Notes: generated from the letters alone by a model not told the origin. Shown: positions 28,352 through 36,825, numbered from the stretch's first letter. The stretch: DNA of 40,837 bases from an uncultured Gammaproteobacteria bacterium (GCA_964556795.1 CAZKWZ010000001.1:50912-91748), one strand, 5' to 3'. Made by a program: numbers and translations.

Positions 28352-28908
28352 ATTTTTTTAAAGGTAACTGATACGGTTAAATAATACTTACTATCCTTGG
28401 TCTTTTTTTCAATTTTTTGAACTTCGATATTAGTAACATCGGGATTCAACTTAATATTGGTAATAAAATCAATGATTGGATCCTCTTGATATGAATATAG
28501 CTGGGAGGCGATGATTATTAGGGATGTTTTTTTATCACGGTTAAAGGTAAGATTTTGCAGATAAATACCGTTGGGTAAACTTTGAATAAAAGAATTTAAA
28601 ATGGTGGTATATTTTGGTTCAGATTGATAAAAATTTTTGATATATGCCAAACGTTGTTGGAGGGAATTGTAATCTGTTTCAAAATCTTTAGTGCTATTTA
28701 AGATAGCTTTTTGCTGTCGTAATATTTCTGATAAATCGGCATTTTTTCTATCAAGCCAGAATCTAGAGAGAAAAGCTCCAATAACAATAAATTCGGTAAT
28801 GATAATTACTACCCGACCAACGGTGGTAACCCAACGAAGAAGACGGGCAATAAAACTGTTGTTATCGGCTTCGTTGGGTAGTAATGAAATCTCCTTTGTT
28901 GAAGGCAT
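28348..28908 (-). CDS. pilN: PilN-like type IV pilus alignment-complex protein
   Basis: N-terminal MPSTKEISLLPNE resembles the conserved PilN INLLP PilM-binding peptide, followed by one TM helix and a coiled coil. The track start 28929 is TTG; the first ATG is at 28908. Confidence 0.6.
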   Translation of the reverse strand: MPSTKEISLLPNEADNNSFIARLLRWVTTVGRVVIIITEFIVIGAFLSRFWLDRKNADLSEILRQQKAILNSTKDFETDYNSLQQRLAYIKNFYQSEPKYTTILNSFIQSLPNGIYLQNLTFNRDKKTSLIIIASQLYSYQEDPIIDFITNIKLNPDVTNIEVQKIEKKTKDSKYYLTVSVTFKKI

Positions 28909-28934
28909 ACTACTTAACAGTATAAACAAAAGAT

Positions 28935-30542
28935 TCAGGAAAGGAAACGAAAAAAGCGACTAAAATATGATTTGATATGAATGAACTCGGGGGAATGAAA
29001 AAGCCAGGTAAAGATTAAGAATGAAATTGTGCCGGTGATTGTGGAAATTCCAAAAACTAAAAGAACATTAATACTTTTACTAGTATCGAGGATAAACATA
29101 TCCAAACACTGGACTGTAAGCCAAGAAACCAAGCCACAAAGGATTGAGCTGACAAAGATTCGATTGAAACTAAAAAGCATCTCTTTCCAGCCAGAACCAT
29201 CAACCCGCAAGACAAATAACCAAAAAAGACCAATACATTGGATTAAATTCCCTATTGAAGCACTAATAGCCAGACCAACGATACCCAAGGTGGTAAAGTG
29301 AACAAAAAAATAACTGGTGGCGATATTAATAAAAAGAGAGATGGCGGAAATTTTTAACGGGGTTTTAGTATCATGAAGGGCGTAAAAGGAGCGAATAAGA
29401 ATTTGAATAGCTGCCTGACAGACTATGGCGGGGGTTAAAAAAGCTAAAGTTCTAGCGGTTAAAAGGGTGGCAGCCCAGGGAAATTGCTTAGTACCAAAAG
29501 CCAGACGAACAATAGGAAGACGGTTAACTAAAATTAAAACACTAATCGGAAAGGCAACATATATACTTTGAAGAATGGTTCTTCGGACGGTATTTCGAAA
29601 AGTATCAAGCTGATTTTTAGCAATATTTTTTGAAAGAATTGGTAGTGAAGCCTGGCCAACGGTAGTACCAAAAACCCGACTAGGCAAATACATTAATTGA
29701 AGGGCCAAATTTAAAAGAGAAATAGATCCAGCCGCAAGGGTTGAGGCAAAAAACAGGGTGACAGTATTTTCTATTTCTGCCAATCCCAAGGATAAAGTTC
29801 TAGGAATCATTAGACGAACAATTTCCCTGACTCCAGAGATATTAAAATTGGCAACTCGGGAATATTGAAAACCAATATGTCTAATCGAGGGTAATTGAAT
29901 AGCCATATGAAAAAAGGCACCTATTACCGTTCCGTAAACTACACCGTAAATTCCAAAGATTGGGGCTAAAGTAAAAATGCTTAAAATGATAAAAAGGTTG
30001 TAAATAATCGGTGATAAAGAGGGAACAATGAAAATTTGGTTTACCTGAAGAATGGCAGTAAGAAAATTACTAACCAAAAAAAATATTTGAGCCAGTAAAA
30101 GAATTTTGGTTAAACTGGACATCAAATCTACTTGGTAGGGGGAAAAACCTTTGGCAATTAACTGAGAAAGAGGATGAGCAAAAATTAAAGCAACTAAAGA
30201 AATGGCAATAAAAAATATCAATAGTAAATTAATAACCGAAGAAGCCATTGAATAGGCCTGTTTTTTATCTTTGTGAAGATAGCTGCTAAAAACTGGAATA
30301 AAAGAGGCTGATAAAGCCCCGGTAACCAGCAGTTTAAAAATTAAATCAGGAATTCTAAAGGCAGCATTATAGGCATCTAAATCTAAAACACAGCATTTAA
30401 AAAATGCAGCATATAAAAAACGGGTTCTTAAAAATCCTAATATGGCCGATAAAGCGAAAGTAACCGCCAAAACGACAGTGGCAGAGAAAATACTTTTTTG
30501 GCGGTGGTGGGCAAAATGCCGAATTTTATCTCGTAGAGACAT
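28935..30542 (-). CDS. murJ: lipid II flippase MurJ (MviN family)
   Basis: 535 aa, about 14 TM helices, conserved N-terminal DAYNAAFRIPDLIFKLLVTGALSASFIPVF. Confidence 0.88.
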   Translation of the reverse strand: MSLRDKIRHFAHHRQKSIFSATVVLAVTFALSAILGFLRTRFLYAAFFKCCVLDLDAYNAAFRIPDLIFKLLVTGALSASFIPVFSSYLHKDKKQAYSMASSVINLLLIFFIAISLVALIFAHPLSQLIAKGFSPYQVDLMSSLTKILLLAQIFFLVSNFLTAILQVNQIFIVPSLSPIIYNLFIILSIFTLAPIFGIYGVVYGTVIGAFFHMAIQLPSIRHIGFQYSRVANFNISGVREIVRLMIPRTLSLGLAEIENTVTLFFASTLAAGSISLLNLALQLMYLPSRVFGTTVGQASLPILSKNIAKNQLDTFRNTVRRTILQSIYVAFPISVLILVNRLPIVRLAFGTKQFPWAATLLTARTLAFLTPAIVCQAAIQILIRSFYALHDTKTPLKISAISLFINIATSYFFVHFTTLGIVGLAISASIGNLIQCIGLFWLFVLRVDGSGWKEMLFSFNRIFVSSILCGLVSWLTVQCLDMFILDTSKSINVLLVFGISTITGTISFLIFTWLFHSPEFIHIKSYFSRFFRFLS

Positions 30543-30559
30543 CAGCTTATTGTAAATTA

Positions 30560-30588
30560 TTGTAAATAGAATGGCGATAGGATAGAAT
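30560..30588 (+). promoter_or_regulatory. candidate sigma70-type promoter for rpsT (TTGTAA-17 nt-TAGAAT)
   Basis: TTGTAA at 30560..30565, a 17-nt spacer, TAGAAT at 30583..30588. The rpsT ATG begins 8 nt after the -10, which implies a very short or absent leader. No SD motif. Confidence 0.3.
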
Positions 30589-30595
30589 ACAACTT

Positions 30596-30904
30596 ATGCC
30601 AATTGGAAGATCATCTAAAAAATCACTCAGAAAGTCGGTTAAAAATAAAAAAGTTAATTCTTCTTTCAAAAGTAAATTAAAGGAAGTAATTAAAGATTTC
30701 CTTGCTAAACCAGAGAAAAAAAGTTTTGGAGAAGTTCAAGCGGTTTTAGATAAAGCCGAGAGAAAACACTTGTACCAAAAAAATAAAGTAGCTAGATTAA
30801 AAGCTAGATACTCGAAAAAAGTTGGTAAAGCAGTAGAAAAAGTAGTCATCAAAAAGAAGGCTGCTAAAAAAGTGACTAAGAAAAAAGTTACCAAGAAAAT
30901 GTAA
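30596..30904 (+). CDS. rpsT: 30S ribosomal protein S20 with Lys-rich C-terminal extension
   Basis: SSKKSLRKSVKNKKVNSSFKSKLK ... HLYQKNKVARLKAR matches the S20 pattern (SAxKRxRxSxK...N...KS ... HKNxAARxK). Lys-rich tail KKKAAKKVTKKKVTKK. Confidence 0.85.
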   Translation: MPIGRSSKKSLRKSVKNKKVNSSFKSKLKEVIKDFLAKPEKKSFGEVQAVLDKAERKHLYQKNKVARLKARYSKKVGKAVEKVVIKKKAAKKVTKKKVTKKM

Positions 30905-30946
30905 TAGCCACAGAGTTTGGCTATAAGCCAAATAATGTGGCAAAAT

Positions 30947-30980
30947 AAAGAGTATCGAAAGATACTCTTTTTTGTTTTTT
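30947..30980 (+). terminator. rho-independent terminator of rpsT
   Basis: Perfect 10-bp stem aaagagtatc (30947..30956) / gatactcttt (30961..30970), GAAA tetraloop, then a T-run tttgtttttt to 30980. Confidence 0.8.
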
Positions 30981-30995
30981 AATTTAAAAAATAAA

Positions 30996-32408
30996 ATGGA
31001 TAATAAAAAATTTTTTGTAACTACCCCCATCTACTATATAAACGATGTCCCTCATATTGGTCATACCTGCACTACAATTGCTGCGGACATTATTGCCAGA
31101 CTTCACCGTCAACTAGGTGAAGAAGTATTCTTTTTAACCGGAACTGATGAACATGGCCAAAAGGTGGCAGAATGTGCTCAAAAGGAAGGTATTGATACCC
31201 AAGAATATTGCGATAAGATTGCTCCCCGCTTTTCTGACGCTTGGAAAAGCTTAAATATCAGTAATGATTTTTTTATTAGAACTACAGATAAAAGACATGA
31301 AAAAGTAGTGGGGGAGTTATTACAAAAAATTTACGATAAAGGCGATGTTTATAAAGCCAAATACGAGGGATGGTACTGTATTGGCTGTGAAAAGTTTTTG
31401 ACAGAAACTGATATGGTCGACGGTCATTGCCCTCTACATCCTCCAGAAAAAACGGTACAAAAGTCAGAAGAAAATTGGTTTTTTAAATTATCAAAATATG
31501 TCCCGAAAATTATTGAGCTAATTGAAAATCCAGAAACTAACTATATATTTCCAGAGGGTAAAAAAGCGGAGGTATTGGCAAAACTTAAAGCAGGTATTAA
31601 CGATATTTCATTGTCTCGGGAAAACGTTGAGTGGGGAATTCCCCTACCTTGGGATAAAAGTCAAACAACCTATGTGTGGTTTGATGCCCTGATTAATTAC
31701 TATAGTGCGACAAGATTTTTGGAAGGGAAGGGAGAATTCTGGCCGGCAGATTTACATTTGTTGGGAAAAGAAATTTTATGGTTCCATACAGTGATTTGGC
31801 AAGGGATGTTATTATCGGCTGAAATTGAACTACCAAAAAAGACTTATACTCATAGTTTTTATATGATAGACGGACAAAAAATGTCCAAATCACTTGGAAA
31901 CGTAATTTCCCCCGGACAACTAGTGGAGTTATTTGGTGTCGACGGAGCCAGATATTTAATTGCCAGATCTTTTCCTACAGAAAATGATTCTGATGTGGGA
32001 ATAGAAAGATTTAGAGAAAAATATAATGCTGATTTGGCCAATAATTTGGGAAATTTGGTGAGTAGAGTCTGCAAACTTGGAGAGGGTTTACCATTGGCAA
32101 AAAGTGAGATCAAGATTGATTCTGACTATATCAAAAATATAGATAATCTAAAATTTGACGAAGCTATTGGGAGTATTTTTGAAAACTATATTGATAGGTC
32201 AAACAATCGTCTCAATGAAGTAACACCTTGGAAATTAGAAAACGGCGATCCAAAAAGGACAACTGTATTGAGTGAGTGCGCTGAAAATTTAAGGATTGCG
32301 GCTACCCATCTACAACCAATAATTCCGGAAATAGCGGAAAGGATTTTGAAACAACTTAATGGAGAAATAAAGATTCTGGAAAACGGTTTATTTCCGAGAA
32401 TAAAATGA
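30996..32408 (+). CDS. metG: methionyl-tRNA synthetase (short form, no C-terminal tRNA-binding domain)
   Basis: PIYYINDVPHIGH (HIGH), KMSKSLGN (KMSKS), zinc knuckle CIGCEKF...HCPLH. The track start 30972 is TTG inside the rpsT terminator; the ATG at 30996 gives MDNKKFFVTTPIYY. Confidence 0.92.
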   Translation: MDNKKFFVTTPIYYINDVPHIGHTCTTIAADIIARLHRQLGEEVFFLTGTDEHGQKVAECAQKEGIDTQEYCDKIAPRFSDAWKSLNISNDFFIRTTDKRHEKVVGELLQKIYDKGDVYKAKYEGWYCIGCEKFLTETDMVDGHCPLHPPEKTVQKSEENWFFKLSKYVPKIIELIENPETNYIFPEGKKAEVLAKLKAGINDISLSRENVEWGIPLPWDKSQTTYVWFDALINYYSATRFLEGKGEFWPADLHLLGKEILWFHTVIWQGMLLSAEIELPKKTYTHSFYMIDGQKMSKSLGNVISPGQLVELFGVDGARYLIARSFPTENDSDVGIERFREKYNADLANNLGNLVSRVCKLGEGLPLAKSEIKIDSDYIKNIDNLKFDEAIGSIFENYIDRSNNRLNEVTPWKLENGDPKRTTVLSECAENLRIAATHLQPIIPEIAERILKQLNGEIKILENGLFPRIK

Positions 32409-33118
32409 TAGATACCCACGCCCATATTGACTCAACATTGTGCGACATTGACGGAGGAGTACTAAATGCGGTGATTTTATCGGGGGCAAATTTGGAGACT
32501 TCAAAAAACAATTTATTGTTGGCTGATAAATACCCTTTCCTCTACCCGGCGGTCGGCATCCACCCTACTGAGCTTAACGATGATATAAATTTACTGGAAG
32601 ATTTGGTTAAATACTCAAATTCTATAGCTGTCGGGGAGTGTGGTTTGGAGTTTATGGGCGGGGAAGATATCAAAAAACAGGAGGAATATTTCAGAAAGCA
32701 AATAGAGCTGGCGCAAAAATACAATAAACCACTAATTGTTCACGCCAGAAAAGCGATGGATGAGACTATAAAAATTTTGGGAGAATACAAAGATTTACGA
32801 GGAGTAATTCACTGTTATACGGGTGGTAAAAAACGGATAAAAAAAATACTCGATTTACCCGGTGAATGGTATTTTGGAATTGATGGAAATTTAACTTATG
32901 AGGTAGGTCTCGAAGAAGTAGTTAAAAGTATTCCAAGAGACAGACTATTGGCGGAAACTGACTCCCCTCTTTTGACACCAGAACCATTCAGGGGCCAGGA
33001 AAATAAACCAGAATATGTAAAATACGTGTATCAAAAAATTGCCGATATTTGGGGTGATAGTTTTGAGACTACAGAAAAGATTTTGGACGAGAACGCGAAA
33101 AGATTATTTGGAATTTAG
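32405..33118 (+). CDS. tatD: TatD-family metal-dependent hydrolase/DNase
   Basis: IDTHAHID, GECGLEF, LIVHARKA, GVIHCYTG, ETDSPLL. ATGA overlap with metG. Confidence 0.88.
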   Translation: MIDTHAHIDSTLCDIDGGVLNAVILSGANLETSKNNLLLADKYPFLYPAVGIHPTELNDDINLLEDLVKYSNSIAVGECGLEFMGGEDIKKQEEYFRKQIELAQKYNKPLIVHARKAMDETIKILGEYKDLRGVIHCYTGGKKRIKKILDLPGEWYFGIDGNLTYEVGLEEVVKSIPRDRLLAETDSPLLTPEPFRGQENKPEYVKYVYQKIADIWGDSFETTEKILDENAKRLFGI

Positions 33119-33119
33119 T

Positions 33120-33362
33120 TTATTTCAGATAGTCACTGAGGATGTTTTCCAATTCTTTGATAGAGGGATATTTATCGATAAGAGCAACTTCACCGTCAAT
33201 AAGTAGAATGGTATTTCCCTGAAGTCCCATGGAATAAACTCGAGTCATGTCTTTGATATATTCTGGGTCATAGTCAATTTGCAGACGTTGACATAGAGTT
33301 TGGAGATTAGCAAATAACTGTTTACCGGGTGGTAAACCACGATCATAAAGTTGTATTCGCAT
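33120..33362 (-). CDS. thioredoxin-fold small protein (Thioredoxin_3 / redox-active-disulfide-protein-2-like) lacking the CxxC motif
   Basis: 80 aa. It aligns by eye with the about 77-aa MKI.ILG.GCxKC...L....G........D.......G....PAL.I.G.V family, but the GCxxC position reads RGLPPGK. Confidence 0.55.
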   Translation of the reverse strand: MRIQLYDRGLPPGKQLFANLQTLCQRLQIDYDPEYIKDMTRVYSMGLQGNTILLIDGEVALIDKYPSIKELENILSDYLK

Positions 33363-33368
33363 ACTTAA

Positions 33369-34391
33369 TTATAACTCAGAGCGAGAATCGATATCTAAAT
33401 GGTCCGGGTGGGTGAAAATCCCCTTTTTTGATTGATAAAAACCAGCTAGGGCGATCATAGCAGCATTGTCTGTATTGAGTTCTTTTTTGAAAGGTAAATA
33501 AAGAGGAAGTTGATACTTTTTGGCTAAAATTCTGACCCGATGACGGAGAGTCAAATTGGCGGCTACACCACCAGAGATCAGAAGACATTTGGGCTGATAT
33601 TTTTCGATGGCCAGTTTAAATTTTCTAAGTAAGGTGTCAAAGACAGCTGATTGAAATGAGGCGGCTAGATTGGCTAAATTTTTGTTTATTTTAGATTTTG
33701 ACCAATCTTTAATTTGATAATAAAAAGCAGTTTTGAGACCGGAAAAGGAATAATCGAGGACTTTTTTATCGGCTAAGGGAGTCGGTAATTTTAAAAAAGT
33801 ACTATCCCCTTTTTTGGCGATTCGTTCAATGATGGGACCGCCAGGATAACCTAAACCCAATAATTTGGCTGATTTATCTAAGGCTTCACCAGCAGCATCA
33901 TCTAAGGTTTCACCAATTACCTGATAATCCCCGATTTTGTTGATTAAAACAATTTTGGTATGACCACCGGAAACGGTTAAGGTAAGGGCTGGAAAAATAA
34001 AATCACGCTTTGGAAGAGCTTTACTATTGGTCAAAAAATTTGCCATCATATGACCTTCAATGTGATTAACAGCGATTACTTTTTTGTTATATTTTATGGC
34101 TAAATCACGGGCAGTATTAATTCCAACAGCCAGAGCTATGGCTAGTCCGGGGCCTTTGGTAACAGCAATTAAATCAATATCTTTTATACTTACTTTGGCC
34201 CTTTTTAAGGCAGTCTCAATTACCGGCATAATTCGTTCCTGATGGGCTCTTTTAGCAATGTCAGGAACTACCCCACCCCATTTTTTATGAAGATCAACTT
34301 GGGACGAGACAATATTACTAAGAATCTGGCTGTCGCGGAGAACGGCAGCGCAAGTATCATCGCAACTAGTTTCGATACCAAGAATTAACAT
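33369..34391 (-). CDS. tsaD: tRNA N6-adenosine threonylcarbamoyltransferase
   Basis: ILGIETSCDDT, NHIEGH metal site, SGGHT, ISGGVAANL. 340 aa. Confidence 0.93.
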   Translation of the reverse strand: MLILGIETSCDDTCAAVLRDSQILSNIVSSQVDLHKKWGGVVPDIAKRAHQERIMPVIETALKRAKVSIKDIDLIAVTKGPGLAIALAVGINTARDLAIKYNKKVIAVNHIEGHMMANFLTNSKALPKRDFIFPALTLTVSGGHTKIVLINKIGDYQVIGETLDDAAGEALDKSAKLLGLGYPGGPIIERIAKKGDSTFLKLPTPLADKKVLDYSFSGLKTAFYYQIKDWSKSKINKNLANLAASFQSAVFDTLLRKFKLAIEKYQPKCLLISGGVAANLTLRHRVRILAKKYQLPLYLPFKKELNTDNAAMIALAGFYQSKKGIFTHPDHLDIDSRSEL

Positions 34392-34413
34392 AGGGTGGTG
34401 TATTATAAATTAT

Positions 34414-35181
34414 ATGGCCGAAAGAACCAACTTAAATACTCAGAATAAGCCGACAAAATATATTTTTGGAAGCATCCTGTTGTTGGCTGCGTCCGGAATC
34501 GGAATATTTTGGCTAATTCAAAACAAAAATGTTATGGTGAATAAACCTGACAAGACTTTAGTTAAAAATACTGTCTCTACGACACCGACAAAAACCATTT
34601 TGTTGGCTAAAGAAGGAGAGATTTGCGGAGCCGGACCAAAAGGATTAATTCAATGTGAAGAAGGACTAACATGTGATGAATCAAAGGAAATATCTGATTT
34701 GGATGATATCCAAGCAAATAAAGTAGGTGGTGGTGGAATATGTGAGAAGGCTGAAGAGGCAAGTATTGAGGCTAATAAGAAAATTTCTCCAACCAAAGCA
34801 ACTGAAACCACAATTGCCACACCAACGCTTAAAGTATATGAAATATATAAGAGTGATGAGGGTTTTTCGGTAACTTACGATGGGAGCAGGACAGTATCAA
34901 AAGAAGATGAAACCAGTGGTGAGAGATATGTTTTTTTCAGTCCTTTAGGCAACATTACTGTTCATGTGGGTAGAAGTTGGTCATGGATTAATCCTGGCAG
35001 AGATTTTACTGACACTCTACTTGTTGGTGGAGAAAAAAGTTCGGTTTATGAGATTTCTAATCAGAAAATTGTAGATATAGAAAAAGGTGAGATGAAATAT
35101 ACAATTCAGTGTGTCCACAATGCTCAAAAAACATTAAAGACTGAATGCGATAAATTCCTAAAGGATTTTAAATTTATTTAA
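34414..35181 (+). CDS. hypothetical membrane-anchored extracytoplasmic protein with small Cys-knot-like module
   Basis: N-terminal TM (IFGSILLLAASGIGIFWLI), 4-Cys module ICGAGPKGLIQCEEGLTCDE...GGGGICE, then a roughly 110-aa beta-rich domain. Confidence 0.7.
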   Translation: MAERTNLNTQNKPTKYIFGSILLLAASGIGIFWLIQNKNVMVNKPDKTLVKNTVSTTPTKTILLAKEGEICGAGPKGLIQCEEGLTCDESKEISDLDDIQANKVGGGGICEKAEEASIEANKKISPTKATETTIATPTLKVYEIYKSDEGFSVTYDGSRTVSKEDETSGERYVFFSPLGNITVHVGRSWSWINPGRDFTDTLLVGGEKSSVYEISNQKIVDIEKGEMKYTIQCVHNAQKTLKTECDKFLKDFKFI

Positions 35182-35262
35182 CCCTAACCCCCACCATTTT
35201 TTACCCTAAAGGGTATCCAGGGACCCTTGACAGGGCAAGGGAAAAATATTTATTAACATAAA

Positions 35263-36348
35263 TTATTTTTCTGTTTTTGGAAATGAAAACGAAATTTGAC
35301 GGGTGGTTGGATCGAGATAAGAAAAGTTGAGAGAAATTAGATAGACAGATGAAGATAATTTTTTAAACATCGACTCGCCCATATTTTCCGGCCATTCGAT
35401 ACAAGATATAGTTTGTGGTTTAAAATGTTCTAAAAATTTTATTTCGGTAAATTCTGATTCACTATTTAGACGATATAGATCAAAATGATAAAAATTTTTG
35501 TATGGAGAAGAGCTGAGAGAATATTGATTATAGATGACAAAGGTTGGAGATAGAATTTTATGAGTAATTCCAAGTTTTTTGCCTATACTTCTGGAAAATA
35601 CAGTTTTTCCACAACCCAAATCTCCAGATAAAGAGAAAACAATTGCCTTGTCCTGATCTAATTTTATAGCTTTTTGAAGTAAAAATTTAGCAATTTTTCC
35701 TGTTTCTTCTTCCGATTTTGAAACAAGAGTTTTAAAAGAGCCGGTGATTAAATCACCTCGACGTAGAATTTTTATCTCACTACCAACAGCATCAATAACT
35801 GTTGAGGGCTTATTTTTGGGTAATTTACCAGCATCGACAATCAAAGAAATTAACTTCTTTTTCTTTTGGGATAAGGGTCTAAGAAAGCTAGAAACAGAAT
35901 AATTTGGGGTGCGGCCGCTAAGGTTGGCCGAGGTAGCAGTAATTGGCTTTCCTAAAAGTTTAACCAGGTCAAAAATATATTTAGAGTCAGGGATTCTGAT
36001 GCCCAGAGTGCCATCTTCGGCCTCGATTCCCATGGCAACCTGGTGTTTACCCGGGGAAACAATTGTGAAAGGACCGGGTAATAAATTATGGTAGAGATTT
36101 TTTGTGTTATCAGATAATATTACATATTTATCGGCCATATTGATGTCCGTAACGGCAATAGAAATAGCCTTTCCAGTCCAGCGGTTTTTAAATGATAGGA
36201 GGAGATCAACGGCAGTTTTTTTAGTGGGATCAACAGCGAGAATATAAACAGTATCTGAAGGAAAAATAACGAGTCCGCCAGCTTTAATAACTTCGGCAGC
36301 TTTTTTTATTACCTGATTATAATTTTTGGAAATATCCAGAATAAGCAT
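35263..36348 (-). CDS. fusion protein: TsaC/YrdC-domain (threonylcarbamoyl-AMP synthase) + TsaE (t6A ATPase)
   Basis: The N-terminal half has YrdC motifs FPSDTVYILAVD, LLPGPFTIV, LGIRIPD, ITATSANLSGR, STVID. The C-terminal half has TsaE motifs SGDLGCGKTVFSR (Walker A), SPTFVIYNQY, HFDLYRL, CIEWPE. One uninterrupted 361-aa ORF. Confidence 0.85.
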   Translation of the reverse strand: MLILDISKNYNQVIKKAAEVIKAGGLVIFPSDTVYILAVDPTKKTAVDLLLSFKNRWTGKAISIAVTDINMADKYVILSDNTKNLYHNLLPGPFTIVSPGKHQVAMGIEAEDGTLGIRIPDSKYIFDLVKLLGKPITATSANLSGRTPNYSVSSFLRPLSQKKKKLISLIVDAGKLPKNKPSTVIDAVGSEIKILRRGDLITGSFKTLVSKSEEETGKIAKFLLQKAIKLDQDKAIVFSLSGDLGCGKTVFSRSIGKKLGITHKILSPTFVIYNQYSLSSSPYKNFYHFDLYRLNSESEFTEIKFLEHFKPQTISCIEWPENMGESMFKKLSSSVYLISLNFSYLDPTTRQISFSFPKTEK

Positions 36349-36399
36349 CGGGGTATTTTAGCATTTTTTGGGATATCTACATGCTAAAATGAGAAGATT

Positions 36400-36825
36400 A
36401 TGAAAGATACTTTGTTGATTAGTCTAATTGTATGGGTAGCTTTAGCCAATTGGGGAAAAGTTTGGCCTTTGTCAAAAGGAGATCAATATTACCGGAATCT
36501 ACAAAAGTGGTATCTGTTGGCTAATAAGGGTGAATGGGATCAAGCAAAAGGTCTAGAAAAATATCTAAATTTTCAAGATATCGAGGACTTTAGTAAAAAA
36601 AATAAGAATGATGAATTGACCAAGAGACTAAACGAAATAAGTATTAGGGGGAATAAGAATGCTGATGATTGGATGGAAACAGCCGTGCTGCTTTTTAGGC
36701 TCGGAAAAAAGGATCAGGCTTTTAAAGCTATAGAAAATGCCTATAAACTGGATCCCATCAGAGATGATATCAGTAAAATTTACTTTACTTATCGGAATTC
36801 TCTTTTGCCTCTTCGGCAGCCTTAG
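36400..36825 (+). CDS. hypothetical secreted/anchored protein with one TPR-like repeat
   Basis: N-terminal hydrophobic segment. ADDWMETAVLLFRLGKKDQAFKAIENAYKLDP is TPR-like. The last 41 nt overlap the convergent rplY 3' end. Confidence 0.5.
   Translation: MKDTLLISLIVWVALANWGKVWPLSKGDQYYRNLQKWYLLANKGEWDQAKGLEKYLNFQDIEDFSKKNKNDELTKRLNEISIRGNKNADDWMETAVLLFRLGKKDQAFKAIENAYKLDPIRDDISKIYFTYRNSLLPLRQP

Noticed and set aside
30543-30595. Replication origin at the minus-to-plus strand switch between murJ and rpsT
   Set aside because: The spacer is only 53 bp, has no DnaA-box-like 9-mers (TTATCCACA type) and has no dnaA or dnaN nearby. Genes to the right are on mixed strands. It is better explained as a divergent promoter region.
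30972-30995. N-terminal extensions of track ORFs that begin at TTG: metG 30972, racemase 37717, rplY 37516, pilN-like 28929, FkbM 18965. The PAP2 start at 16935 is an ATG but is a similar extension.
   Set aside because: The extensions run through a terminator (metG), through the tRNA-Trp gene (racemase) or deep into the neighbouring gene. Downstream ATGs give N-termini that match the family consensus.
35182-35262. GC-rich island of CCCT/AGGG hairpins (taccc-taaa-gggta at 35202..35215; cccttg-acaggg-caaggg at 35224..35241) considered as a bidirectional terminator between convergent genes
   Set aside because: The T-run precedes the first hairpin and an A-run follows the second on the plus strand. 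This is the wrong polarity for intrinsic termination in either direction. It may still be a structured element, but I cannot support a specific call.
36785-36825. 41-nt convergent overlap of the TPR-like ORF with the rplY 3' end, considered as a sign that one gene is spurious
   Set aside because: rplY is secure. The TPR-like ORF has a signal-like N-terminus and a credible TPR repeat upstream of the overlap. Only its last 13 codons read through the antisense of the rplY tail, so both are kept, the latter at low confidence.
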